This document shows, one piece after another, positions 1 to 10,300 of a stretch of DNA of 64,000 nucleotides. The notes below the pieces were generated by a model. The model saw only the letters and a program-made list of their open reading frames with translations, searched no databases and had not been told where the DNA came from. Numbering within the stretch: position 1 is the stretch's first letter; each line of letters begins with the position of its first letter. The position numbers were made by a program, and so were the translations under genes. Source of the DNA: Bacteroidia bacterium (GTDB taxonomy: Bacteria > Bacteroidota > Bacteroidia > NS11-12g > UBA9320); assembly GCA_965216465.1 (NCBI GenBank), contig CBDCFW010000006.1, forward strand, positions 1,024,001-1,088,000. The letters run 5' to 3'.

Positions 1-274
1 TTCCAGCTAACCTTTCATTTCCTAGAGGTCCGATCGGAGTCCATTCATTTTCACTCTTAAACTTGACATTTGAATTTGTAAGACTCTGATTTGCTGAGTA
101 ATATGATCGAGCAAAATTGTCGTTGACCGACGCTGTTCTCCTATTTACAAAGTCTGCATTCCGTTGTTCACTTTTAGGCAGATGTTGATTGCTTGTAAAT
201 TGCCCAAATCCAGACAAAGAAGTAAAAATAGCAGCTACAATTGCAACGCTTTTGATTAAACTAGACGTATTCAT
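1..274 (-). CDS. Partial (5' end only) secreted protein, probably BNR/VPS10-like beta-propeller; runs off the window edge
   Basis: Manual translation from ATG 274 gives MNTSSLIKSVAIVAAIFTSLSGFGQ...ENEWTPIGPLGNERLAG, open to position 1. It has a signal peptide ending G-Q and a W-x-x-I-G-P motif typical of the N-termini of Bacteroidota BNR-repeat proteins. Confidence 0.65.
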   Translation of the reverse strand, partial: MNTSSLIKSVAIVAAIFTSLSGFGQFTSNQHLPKSEQRNADFVNRRTASVNDNFARSYYSANQSLTNSNVKFKSENEWTPIGPLGNERLAG

Positions 275-349
275 TTTATCAAAAATTGACGTCTAAGATA
301 GTTAAAATAAGTCGAGTAAAGCTAGAATAATTACTAGCTTACGGTCATA

Positions 350-1540
350 TTAATCGATTACGCCGAGTTCTTTTCCAACTTTAGTGAAAGCAGCAATGGC
401 TTTGTCAAGATGTTCTTGTTCATGAGCTGCAGATAATTGAACGCGAATTCGAGCTTGACCTTTAGGTACAACTGGGAAATAGAATCCAATAACATAAATG
501 CCTTCTTCAAGAAGTTTTTCGGCCATTTTCTGAGCTAAAACCGCATCGTATAACATAATTGGTACGATAGGATGAACACCGGATTTAATGTCGAAACCAG
601 CAGCGGTCATTTGTTCTCTGAAATACTTGGTATTGTATTCTAATTTGTCTCTTAGCTCAGTGGTTTCGCTAAGCATATCAAGCACAGCTATACTTGCTCC
701 AACAATACTAGGTGCTACCGTATTAGAGAACAGGTAAGGACGAGATCTTTGACGCAGCATATCAATAATTTCTTTCTTGCCAGAAGTAAATCCTCCACTA
801 GCTCCTCCTAGAGCTTTACCCAGTGTTCCAGTAATAATTTCAATCTTGCCCATAACACCACAGTGCTCATGAGTTCCTCTTCCGGTTTTACCTAAAAATC
901 CACTGCTATGACATTCATCGATCATCACATTGGCATTGTACTTCTCTGCCAATTCAACAATCTTGTCTAATTGTGCAATGGTGCCATCCATCGAGAAACT
1001 ACCATCGGTAACGATAATTCGTTCTTTTTGAGCTTGACTTTCTTGCAGGCAGCGCTCTAAATCTTCCATGTCGTTGTGTTTGTAGCGGTAACGAGCAGCT
1101 TTACACAATCGAACACCATCGATGATAGAAGCATGGTTCAAGGTGTCAGAAATAATTGCATCATCCGGACCAAATAGAGGTTCAAAAACACCACCGTTTG
1201 CATCAAATGCAGCTGCATAAAGAATGGTGTCTTCAGTGCCTAGAAATTCAGATATTTTACGTTCAAGCTCTTTGTGAATGTCTTGGGTTCCGCAAATAAA
1301 TCGAACGGAAGACATTCCATATCCATGTGAATCAATTGCTGCTTTAGCGGCTTCAATTACTTTTGGATGAGAACTGAGACCCAAGTAGTTGTTGGCACAG
1401 AAGTTAATTACATCTCCACCATTTTGTGTCTTAATGTCAGCACCTTGAGGTGTGGTAATAACTCTTTCATTTTTGTATAATCCTGCTTCCTTGATTCCTT
1501 CAAGTTCGCCTTGCAATTTTGCTTGTAAACTATCGTACAT
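350..1540 (-). CDS. kbl: Glycine C-acetyltransferase (2-amino-3-ketobutyrate CoA ligase)
   Basis: Motifs [41 protein letters not shown] (PLP Lys) and [14 protein letters not shown] 1540 is preferred over the track's TTG 1561. Confidence 0.96.
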   Translation of the reverse strand: MYDSLQAKLQGELEGIKEAGLYKNERVITTPQGADIKTQNGGDVINFCANNYLGLSSHPKVIEAAKAAIDSHGYGMSSVRFICGTQDIHKELERKISEFLGTEDTILYAAAFDANGGVFEPLFGPDDAIISDTLNHASIIDGVRLCKAARYRYKHNDMEDLERCLQESQAQKERIIVTDGSFSMDGTIAQLDKIVELAEKYNANVMIDECHSSGFLGKTGRGTHEHCGVMGKIEIITGTLGKALGGASGGFTSGKKEIIDMLRQRSRPYLFSNTVAPSIVGASIAVLDMLSETTELRDKLEYNTKYFREQMTAAGFDIKSGVHPIVPIMLYDAVLAQKMAEKLLEEGIYVIGFYFPVVPKGQARIRVQLSAAHEQEHLDKAIAAFTKVGKELGVID

Positions 1541-1697
1541 ATTGATTCTATTGGGCAGCAAATTAAATCACAAAACTCAAATTTCAAACAGTAGGAAGTG
1601 TAGATTTAGCTGTTCTCTCTGCCACAAAAAGATATTTTTGAACATCTAAATGGCATAGCTGTTGTACTTTAGAGTTAACAACGAAGAATAGAATTCG

Positions 1698-3770
1698 ATG
1701 GCGGAAGAAAATAGAAACAGACAATCACCTGGTAATCAAGGAAATAACAAAAACCCATTTGATAATACGAAGCCAAAAGGCAAGAAACCAAGGTTCAATT
1801 ACCTTTGGATATATGCCATATTAGCAGTTGTTTTTTTCGGGGTCACATTTTTAGGACAAGACGGCGGTAAAAGAAAGCAAACCGGCGAGGTTCTTGAAAT
1901 GATCAAGAAAGGCGATGTAGAGAAGATTCGTGTAATCAATCGAAATAGAGCTGAGATCTACCTTACGAAAGAAGCCCTCAAAAAAGACGAATACAAAGAA
2001 GACGTTAAGGAAAGTCCTTTCCCAGGAAGTGAACAACCTTATACTTATTTCTTACCAGACATTGGTCCTGAAGATAAGTTCGATGAGAAAATTCAAGCCG
2101 CTCAATCCGAGTTACCTGATGATCAAAAAATAGAGGTTAACTGGGCTATTGAGAAAAGCATGTTAGATAACCCACTGGTTAGCACTTTGCTTTTTGTTGC
2201 CTTGTTTGCTGTTGTTTGGATTCTTATCATGCGTCGAATGGGTGGTGGAGCCGGAGGCGGAGGATCTGGTCAGATCTTCAGCATTGGAAAATCAAAAGCC
2301 CAGTTGTTCGACAAAGACACCAAGGTTAATGTTTCGTTCAAGGATGTGGCGGGATTGCAAGAGGCAAAAGTTGAGGTTATGGAGATCGTTGATTTCCTAA
2401 AAAATCCTAGAAAATATACAGATTTAGGGGGTAAGATTCCTAAAGGAGCATTGTTAGTAGGCCCTCCAGGAACGGGTAAAACATTACTTGCGAAAGCAGT
2501 TGCAGGAGAAGCTCACGTACCATTCTTTTCGTTGTCAGGATCTGATTTCGTTGAAATGTTTGTTGGAGTAGGAGCGAGTAGAGTTAGAGACTTGTTTAAA
2601 CAAGCCAAGGCCAAGGCACCATGTATAATATTCATTGACGAGATTGATGCTATTGGACGTGCAAGAGGCAAGAACGCCATGCAAGGAGCGAACGATGAAC
2701 GTGAGAATACATTAAACCAGCTGCTTACTGAAATGGATGGTTTTGGTACCGATACTGGTGTGATCATTCTAGCAGCAACTAACCGTGTAGATGTTCTCGA
2801 TAAAGCATTGTTAAGAGCAGGTAGATTCGATCGCCAGATTTTTGTGGACATGCCAGATCTTAATGAGCGTAAAGAAATCTTGGATGTTCATTTGAAGCCA
2901 ATTAAGGTTGATAAAGACCTTGATCGTGATTTCCTAGCTCGTCAAACACCTGGATTTAGTGGAGCTGATATCGCCAACATGTGTAACGAAGCTGCACTGA
3001 TTGCTGCAAGAAAAGGAAAGAAAACGGTGAGCAAACAAGACTTTTTAGATGCGGTTGATAGAATCATTGGAGGATTAGAGAAGAAGAATAAAATCATTAC
3101 GCCAGAAGAGAAGAAGGCTGTTGCTGTTCACGAGGCAGGGCACGCCGCAGTAAGCTGGTTGTGTGAACATGCCCATCCATTGGTAAAAGTGACTATAGTT
3201 CCTAGGGGAAGAAGTTTGGGCGCTGCATGGTACTTGCCAGACGAACGACAAATCACCCGCACCGAGCAAATGCTCGACGAGATGTGTGCTACCTTAGGTG
3301 GTCGCGCAGCAGAGAAGGTTGTGTTTGATAAGATATCGACTGGGGCCTTAAGTGATTTAGAGAAAGTAACACGTCAAGCAATGGCAATGGTTTCTATTTA
3401 TGGATTAAACGATAAAGTGGGCAATGTTTCATACTACAATATGGATGAAGGATTCCAAAAGCCGTTTAGCGAAACTACTGCTGCCTTGATTGATAGTGAA
3501 ATTAAGAAATTAACGGATGAGCAATACGCTCGTGCCATTAAAATTCTAGAAGAGAATAAAGACAAGCTTCTTCAATTGGCTGATAAGCTTTTAGAAAAAG
3601 AGGTAATCTTTAAAGAAGATTTGGAAGCAATTTTTGGCAAACGACCATTCGACAAACCTGAAGTTGAAGAGGAGAAAAAAGATGATTCAGCTGATGCTTT
3701 CTTAACAAATGAAACTCAGGATGAAGTTGAAGCAGAAGTTATAGAAGATAAGAGCGAGGAAGCAGAATAA
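1698..3770 (+). CDS. ftsH: ATP-dependent zinc metalloprotease FtsH
   Basis: Two TM helices, Walker A GPPGTGKT, Walker B IIFIDEID, SRH (ATNR...RAGRFDR) and HEAGH zinc motif. Confidence 0.98.
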   Translation: MAEENRNRQSPGNQGNNKNPFDNTKPKGKKPRFNYLWIYAILAVVFFGVTFLGQDGGKRKQTGEVLEMIKKGDVEKIRVINRNRAEIYLTKEALKKDEYKEDVKESPFPGSEQPYTYFLPDIGPEDKFDEKIQAAQSELPDDQKIEVNWAIEKSMLDNPLVSTLLFVALFAVVWILIMRRMGGGAGGGGSGQIFSIGKSKAQLFDKDTKVNVSFKDVAGLQEAKVEVMEIVDFLKNPRKYTDLGGKIPKGALLVGPPGTGKTLLAKAVAGEAHVPFFSLSGSDFVEMFVGVGASRVRDLFKQAKAKAPCIIFIDEIDAIGRARGKNAMQGANDERENTLNQLLTEMDGFGTDTGVIILAATNRVDVLDKALLRAGRFDRQIFVDMPDLNERKEILDVHLKPIKVDKDLDRDFLARQTPGFSGADIANMCNEAALIAARKGKKTVSKQDFLDAVDRIIGGLEKKNKIITPEEKKAVAVHEAGHAAVSWLCEHAHPLVKVTIVPRGRSLGAAWYLPDERQITRTEQMLDEMCATLGGRAAEKVVFDKISTGALSDLEKVTRQAMAMVSIYGLNDKVGNVSYYNMDEGFQKPFSETTAALIDSEIKKLTDEQYARAIKILEENKDKLLQLADKLLEKEVIFKEDLEAIFGKRPFDKPEVEEEKKDDSADAFLTNETQDEVEAEVIEDKSEEAE

Positions 3771-3775
3771 GCTTC

Positions 3776-4345
3776 TTAGCTCTTAATTTTTGTATTCATG
3801 TACTTGGCTACTGAGTCGGGTACAAGATACTTGATTGATCTTCCCATACGATTCAGGCCGCGAATAAACGTAGCTGAAATATTCAGCATAGGTCCTTTCA
3901 TAACACGAACTTTTTGATTTTTGGCAAATTCGCCACCAGGGAAACCATCTCTGAAATACGCAAGAATGTCGTAGTTCATAAGAATTTCTTCATGGTCTTT
4001 CCATTTTTCAAGATGTTGAAGATTGTCGGTTCCCAGAACAAGTACAAATTCAGTATCAGGGTGTAGCGTAGCTAACTTTTTAAGCGTATAAGCTGTGTAA
4101 GAAGGAGTTGGCATGTCAAATTCAACATCGCAAGCAACAAACTTTGGATTGTCTTTAATCGCAAGTTTCACCATGTTCAATCGGTGGTCAGCAGACATGA
4201 TATCTTTTCCTTTTTTCAATGGATTTTGAGGAGAGACAACGTACCATACTTCGTCGAGCTTTGCTTGATCCAGCATGTATTGTCCAATAATCAAGTGACC
4301 GTGGTGAATTGGATTAAAGGAGCCAAAAAATAATCCTACTTTCAT
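3776..4345 (-). CDS. nadD: Nicotinate-nucleotide adenylyltransferase
   Basis: GSFNPIHHGH (HxGH), SPQNPLK and ISATFIR motifs. Confidence 0.95.
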   Translation of the reverse strand: MKVGLFFGSFNPIHHGHLIIGQYMLDQAKLDEVWYVVSPQNPLKKGKDIMSADHRLNMVKLAIKDNPKFVACDVEFDMPTPSYTAYTLKKLATLHPDTEFVLVLGTDNLQHLEKWKDHEEILMNYDILAYFRDGFPGGEFAKNQKVRVMKGPMLNISATFIRGLNRMGRSIKYLVPDSVAKYMNTKIKS

Positions 4346-4915
4346 CTAAACTTCTGATTTTAAAAAAGTTGTAACTAATTGTTCTGTTGTTGCAAATGTA
4401 TCACTTAATACATCGTTAACAACAACTTCATCAAAATGTTCCTCAAATTTTAACTCGCTTTGAGCTTTTGCAACACGTTCTTGTAACTGGTGCTCTACTT
4501 CGGTTTCTCTCTTTTTCAATCGTTCCATTAGCACATCAACAGAAGGTGGTCGCAAGAATACAGCCAGTGCTTTTTCGCCATAATATTTTTTGATATTCAT
4601 ACCGCCTACAACGTCAACATCAAAAATTACCGTTTTACCTTCCGCCCATAATCGCTCAACTTCAGATTTTAGCGTACCGTAAAACAGCCCTTTATATACT
4701 TCTTCATATTCTAGGAATTCATCATTGTTTTTGGCTTCCAAGAACTGTTCTTCAGAATAGAAATAATAATCTTTACCGTGAGTTTCATTTGGTCTTTGGT
4801 GACGTGTGGTAACACTTACTGAAAAAGCCAATTCTGGAAAAGTTTTCAGTAAATGATTTACGACAGTAGTCTTACCTGAACCTGAGGGTGCAGAGAAAAT
4901 GATTAGTTTATTCAT
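4346..4915 (-). CDS. gmk: Guanylate kinase
   Basis: SAPSGSGKTT P-loop, TTR..R..E..GKDYYF and YGTL. Confidence 0.96.
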   Translation of the reverse strand: MNKLIIFSAPSGSGKTTVVNHLLKTFPELAFSVSVTTRHQRPNETHGKDYYFYSEEQFLEAKNNDEFLEYEEVYKGLFYGTLKSEVERLWAEGKTVIFDVDVVGGMNIKKYYGEKALAVFLRPPSVDVLMERLKKRETEVEHQLQERVAKAQSELKFEEHFDEVVVNDVLSDTFATTEQLVTTFLKSEV

Positions 4916-5787
4916 TACAGGATGTTTAGCGCTTGCTCCTTAATTTTTTCTAGTTCTTCTTTCATGTAAACCACTTGTTTTTGAATTCCAGCGTGGTTCG
5001 CTTTGCTGCCTAGCGTGTTAATTTCTCGACCCATTTCTTGAGCAATGAAGTTTAATGACTTCCCTTTTGGATTGTTATTTAATGAATCAATGAAGTGGTT
5101 GCAGTGAGCTTGTAGCCTGTTTTTTTCTTCGTTGATGTCAAATTTTTCTAGATAGTAAATCAATTCTTGTTCAAATCGATTTTTGTCGAACTTGTCATCT
5201 TCAATAAGCTGACTTAAGTTCTTTTGAAGTCTACCTTTGGTCGTTTCAATTCTTTCAGGTTCTAATTCGCTCACTTTTGGAATCGCACCTTCAATGTTCT
5301 TGCAGTACTCTTCCAAAACAGTTTTAACACTTGCTCCTTCTGTGGTTCTAAATTTTTCAAATTGGTTAAACGCCTCTTTGCCAACCTCAAGAACCAAAGC
5401 GAATAAATCCTCATCAACTTGCTCTTCGTCTTGGTAGATTACATCTTGCATTAAAGATGTAATTCTAAAAATGTCATGTTGAGGGGCATCTAGCTGCTCA
5501 CTCAGGTTTTTGAGTTTATTGTAGTATTGGGTTGCTAAGGCATTGTTAATCTGAATCTCGTTGTCATTTATTTTGTGTTTAACCACATTTATAGAGAGGG
5601 TAGAACTTCCTCTTTCAATCAACTTACCGAAGTGATTTCTAATCTCAATTTCCTTGGGCATAAGAAATCTTGGCATTCTTAGGTTAAGGTCAAGGTACTT
5701 CCCATTTAGGCTCCTAATTTCAACCTTAACGCTGTAGTCTTCGGTATGTTTTTCGGCCATTCCATAGCCAGTCATTGATCGGATCAT
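4915..5787 (-). CDS. YicC/YloC family endoribonuclease
   Basis: N-terminal MIRSMTGYG, EIRSLNGK and QEMGREINTLGSK; conserved position upstream of gmk. Confidence 0.93.
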   Translation of the reverse strand: MIRSMTGYGMAEKHTEDYSVKVEIRSLNGKYLDLNLRMPRFLMPKEIEIRNHFGKLIERGSSTLSINVVKHKINDNEIQINNALATQYYNKLKNLSEQLDAPQHDIFRITSLMQDVIYQDEEQVDEDLFALVLEVGKEAFNQFEKFRTTEGASVKTVLEEYCKNIEGAIPKVSELEPERIETTKGRLQKNLSQLIEDDKFDKNRFEQELIYYLEKFDINEEKNRLQAHCNHFIDSLNNNPKGKSLNFIAQEMGREINTLGSKANHAGIQKQVVYMKEELEKIKEQALNIL

Positions 5788-6671
5788 TTGTTCTTGTTAA
5801 CGAAGTATAAACCTGTTATTATTAGCAGTGCGAATATAGCCTTTTGAAGGGTAATCACTTCCATACCTAATCCAATAGCAATCCCAGTAGCAAGCAAGGG
5901 TTGCAAGTAAATATAACTTCCTACCAATGTGCTCGAAGAGTTTTGCAATCCCCAAGCATTTAAAATGTAGGCAAGTACTGTAGTACAAACCACAACATAA
6001 CCCATAGAAAAAATTGCTTTGGTCGGAAGTGCCTGCCATTGCACTTCAGTAAGGTCTTGAATTCCTAAAGGAAGCACATAGATAAACCCAAAAAGAAAGA
6101 TGTACGACGTAATCGTTATCGCTTTGTACTTCTTGAGTAACCTTGCTACGTAGTAGAGGTAAAAAGCATAGCTGGTGGCATTAATCATAATCAATACATC
6201 TCCCCAGATATGACCTGAGTTGATTGAGAATTTATTGCCATTGACTAAAAATGCTGCTCCAACAAAGGCCAGCAAAACCCCGAACCAAACCATAGGATGA
6301 ATCCTCTTTTTGTACCCAATTGCTGAAAAAATCACAACAAATACCGGTGCCAGAAGCATTAGTACTGAAGCATTAATAGCAGAAGTTAAAGACAGTCCTT
6401 TGAAGAATGCCGACATGTTTAGTGCAACTCCAAAGAAACCGCTGATGGCAAGATCGATATAGTCTCGCCTGCTTCTAATTTTTTCTTTTACGACCAAAAG
6501 ATGGTAGGTCATAAAGATGAGAGCCCCGAAACCAACTCTAAGTACTATAAATGCATAGGACGAAATGTATTCTGGCATTGCCCATTTGGCAAAAGAATAG
6601 TTCGCAGCATAAATCGCTGCAACCGTAAATAACGCTAAGTGTACAAGATATTTGTGTGGTATTGAACGCAA
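5784..6671 (-). CDS. DMT/EamA family transporter
   Basis: About 10 hydrophobic helices in two EamA-like halves; YLQP motif. Confidence 0.88.
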   Translation of the reverse strand: MRSIPHKYLVHLALFTVAAIYAANYSFAKWAMPEYISSYAFIVLRVGFGALIFMTYHLLVVKEKIRSRRDYIDLAISGFFGVALNMSAFFKGLSLTSAINASVLMLLAPVFVVIFSAIGYKKRIHPMVWFGVLLAFVGAAFLVNGNKFSINSGHIWGDVLIMINATSYAFYLYYVARLLKKYKAITITSYIFLFGFIYVLPLGIQDLTEVQWQALPTKAIFSMGYVVVCTTVLAYILNAWGLQNSSSTLVGSYIYLQPLLATGIAIGLGMEVITLQKAIFALLIITGLYFVNKNK

Positions 6672-6733
6672 TTAAAGTGTAATGTTTATAAAGCTCGTTA
6701 AAATTGCCATTGCTATGAATTAATGTTGCAAAT

Positions 6734-7318
6734 ATGTTTGATTTTATTTCAGGAAAAACAGAAAGAATCACTCCAACCGAAATAGTTGTTAATTGTGGTG
6801 GAGTAGGCTATGTTTTGAACATTTCACTAAACACTTTCGAAAAGCTTAAAACTGAAAAAGAAGTCAAAGTATTTGCACATCTTGTGGTGAGAGAAGACAG
6901 CCATACGCTTTATGGTTTCGCAACAATGAATGAACGAGCGATGTATGTTAAGCTAGTGGGTGTAAATGGTGTTGGCCCGAGCACAGCTCGCATGATACTG
7001 TCAGCAATGAGCGTTGATGATGTGGTAAGCGCGATTACAAATGGCAATATTGCCATGCTCAAATCAATTAAGGGAATTGGCCCTAAAGCCGCACAAAGAC
7101 TCGTTGTTGAGCTCCAAGATAAGCTGGGAGGAATTGCCTCAGACGCTGCATATCAACTGGTTGGAGGCAACAAAGAGATGGAGGAAGCCACCGAAGCCTT
7201 AGTAGCATTGGGCTTCTCAAAGCCTGCCGTTAGTAAAGTTCTAGTGAAAATAAGTAAGGATTCGGGCAATAATCTAACAACAGAAGAGTTTATTAAAAAA
7301 TCATTGCAATTATTGTAA
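6734..7318 (+). CDS. ruvA: Holliday junction branch migration protein RuvA
   Basis: GVGY, VREDSHTLYGF, HhH motifs VNGVGP and IKGIGPKAAQR, C-terminal ALVALGF. Confidence 0.96.
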   Translation: MFDFISGKTERITPTEIVVNCGGVGYVLNISLNTFEKLKTEKEVKVFAHLVVREDSHTLYGFATMNERAMYVKLVGVNGVGPSTARMILSAMSVDDVVSAITNGNIAMLKSIKGIGPKAAQRLVVELQDKLGGIASDAAYQLVGGNKEMEEATEALVALGFSKPAVSKVLVKISKDSGNNLTTEEFIKKSLQLL

Positions 7319-7320
7319 TT

Positions 7321-10300
7321 TTGAAAGCTGCCAAAGAGACCGCCTATAAAGAGACACTACTATTAATCTTAGTTTGTAAGGATTTGATTAAAAAATTGAA
7401 TACAATTAGAATTGTAAATGGATCTTTATTGGCCATTTGTTTTTTATTCCTTCTCTTAGGCGTGGGCATGCAATCTGTTGCCCAAACTGACTCTTTGCGT
7501 TATGAATTAAAAGACAAAAAACCCTATGAAGATGATAAGGTAAATCTTATTGATTTTAAAGACCCTCCCAATATTAAAACCATATACAAATACGACCCCA
7601 CTACTGGGATGTATTTAGAAATTATTACTGTTGGAGGGAAACCTATAGGCTCTCCAAGAGCGCTTACAGCAACTGAATATTTGAGAGCTAGAGAGCGTCA
7701 AGCCCGAGATGAGTACTATCGTAAAAAAAGCAACGCGGCTAATTACGTAAAAGGAGGAGGCATCATTCCAAAAATTGCTGTTACCCCTGAAATATTTGAT
7801 AAGGTATTTGGAGGAGGAATAATAGATATTCGGCCAACCGGTTCTGCCGAGGTAACCTTTGGAGGGAATTTTAACAAAGTTGAGAACCCGACTTTCCCTG
7901 TTCGTCAACAACGAAATGGTCAGTTTGATTTTGGCATGAAAATGCAACTAAATGTGACCGGACAAATTGGTGATCGCCTAAAACTAAATTGGAATTACGA
8001 CACTGAAGCTACGTTTGAGTTTGAAAACCAAATGAAGCTCAATTGGCAAGGAACGGATGATGATATCTTAAAAAATATTGAACTGGGTAATGTTAGTCTA
8101 CCCTTGAACGGTTCCCTTATTCAAGGAGGTCGAAATCTTTTTGGTGTAAAAACTGAAATGCAATTCGGTAAAACTACAGTTGCTCTTATTGCTACACAAG
8201 ATAAAGGAGAAACAAGAGAGACTGAAGTAAATGGTGGTGCCCAAATTACCAACTATGATATACAGGCTCATAATTATGATCAGAACAGACACTACTTCTT
8301 GTCTCAATATTTTGCAGATAATTACGATTTTGCTTGTTCAAATCTTCCTCAAATCAATTCTAATGTTCAAGTAAACTACGTTGAAGTTTGGGTCACCAAT
8401 AGAAATAATGCTGTAGGAAACTCAAGAAATGTAATGGGTTTCATGGATTTGGGAGAAATGGAAGACGATGTTCATCGTGAGTGGTTGCTCCCAGGTAGTG
8501 CTGCATTTCCAGATAATGAGGCTACAGACCTTTATCAAAACTATGTAAGAGGCCAAGATTTCTGTAACCCAGCAGATCAAAGACTGGTACTTGGAACAGA
8601 CTATGAGTGTTTAAGCAATGCTCGGCAGTTGAATAACAATGAATTTACTTTCCACCCAACTTTAGGCTATATTTCACTGAATCAGTCACTGAACAACGAT
8701 GAGGTTCTGATGGTGGCATATGAGTATTCTATTAATCTGGTTAACTACCAAGTTGGAGAATTTGCTATTGACAATCCTCAAACTGGCGGAAATGAGAGTC
8801 ACCTTAATCTGAAACTCCTAAAGCATTCAACAATCAAAACCAATCTTCCGGCTTGGGATTTGATGATGAAGAATATTTATTCACTGAACACATACAACCT
8901 TCAAAAAGAAGATTTCTCATTGAATGTTGTTTATGCGGATGACCCTTCAGGTGCTGACTTGAATTACTTGCCAGTTCCTGATTCTGAAAATGCTATCAAG
9001 AATAAGCAGTTGATTACAGTGCTTAACCTTGACCGTTTAAATAAGCAGTTTGAGCCAAAGCCTGACGGTATTTTTGATGTTGTAGATAACATCACGATTC
9101 ATGCCGAGAGAGGAAGAATCATATTCCCAGTTAGAGAACCATTTGGTGCGTTTTTACGTAGTCAGTTTGTTGACGAAGCAGAAGCAGATTATTACGCATT
9201 TGACTCCTTGTATCGAACGACAAAGTGGAATGCCGAACAGGACCTTAAACACAACAAGTTTTTCTTACGAGGTACGTTTAAAGGAAGTTCATCTGATCAA
9301 ATTCGATTACAGTGTTACAATATTTCGCAAGGCTCTGTTAGGGTAACTGCAAACGGAAACGTGTTGAATGAAGGTTCCGATTACATTGTCGACTATACGA
9401 TGGGAACGGTAAGAATTGTAAATCAAGGAATTTTAAATTCAGGGGCATCGATTAAGGCAACATGTGAGAGTAATTCATTAATTAATATTCAACAGAAATC
9501 ACTTGTTGGAGCACGTTTCGATTATAAGCACTCCGATAAGTTGATTCTTGGAGGTACGTTCATGCACATGACCGAACGGCCACTTACAAATAAGGTAAAT
9601 ATTGGAGAAGAACCTCTTCTTAATTCAATTTGGGGATTAGACGGAAGCTATAATACAGACTCAAGATTCTTAACACGAATGGTCGATAAGCTTCCTTTCA
9701 TTGAAACCAAGGCAAAGTCTACTGTAAGTTTTACGGGTGAGTTTGCTCACCTCATACCTCATAAAGCGAAAACAATGGGTGAAAGAGGTACGTCTTATCT
9801 TGATGATTTTGAAGGAGCGGAGACACCTTATGATATTAAGTACGTACGTAGCTGGAGACTTGCAAGTGTGCCCCAGGGTCAACCTGAGCTCTTCCCAGAA
9901 ACTGTAAATCCTTTACACGCTGATAGCTTGTATAATTCAAAAAGAGCCAACTTAAACTGGTACAACATCGACCCAGTTTTCCAAAACGCTCAAGCAACGC
10001 TTACACCAGATAATATCAAGAATAATCCACGAGAGATGTCTAATCACTTTGTAAGAACAATCTTTCTTGAAGAAGTATTCCCTGAAATTGAGTTGCAACA
10101 AGGACAACCGCAGCAAATTCCGACATTAGATTTAGCTTATTATCCAAAGGAAAAAGGTCAGTACAACTACAATACAGAAGATTTAAATGCTGACGGAAGT
10201 TTAGCAAACCCAAAAGAAAACTGGGGTGGAATAATGCGTAGAATTGAAACAAATGATTTTGAAGCAACCAATATTGATTACATCGAAATTTGGTTGATGG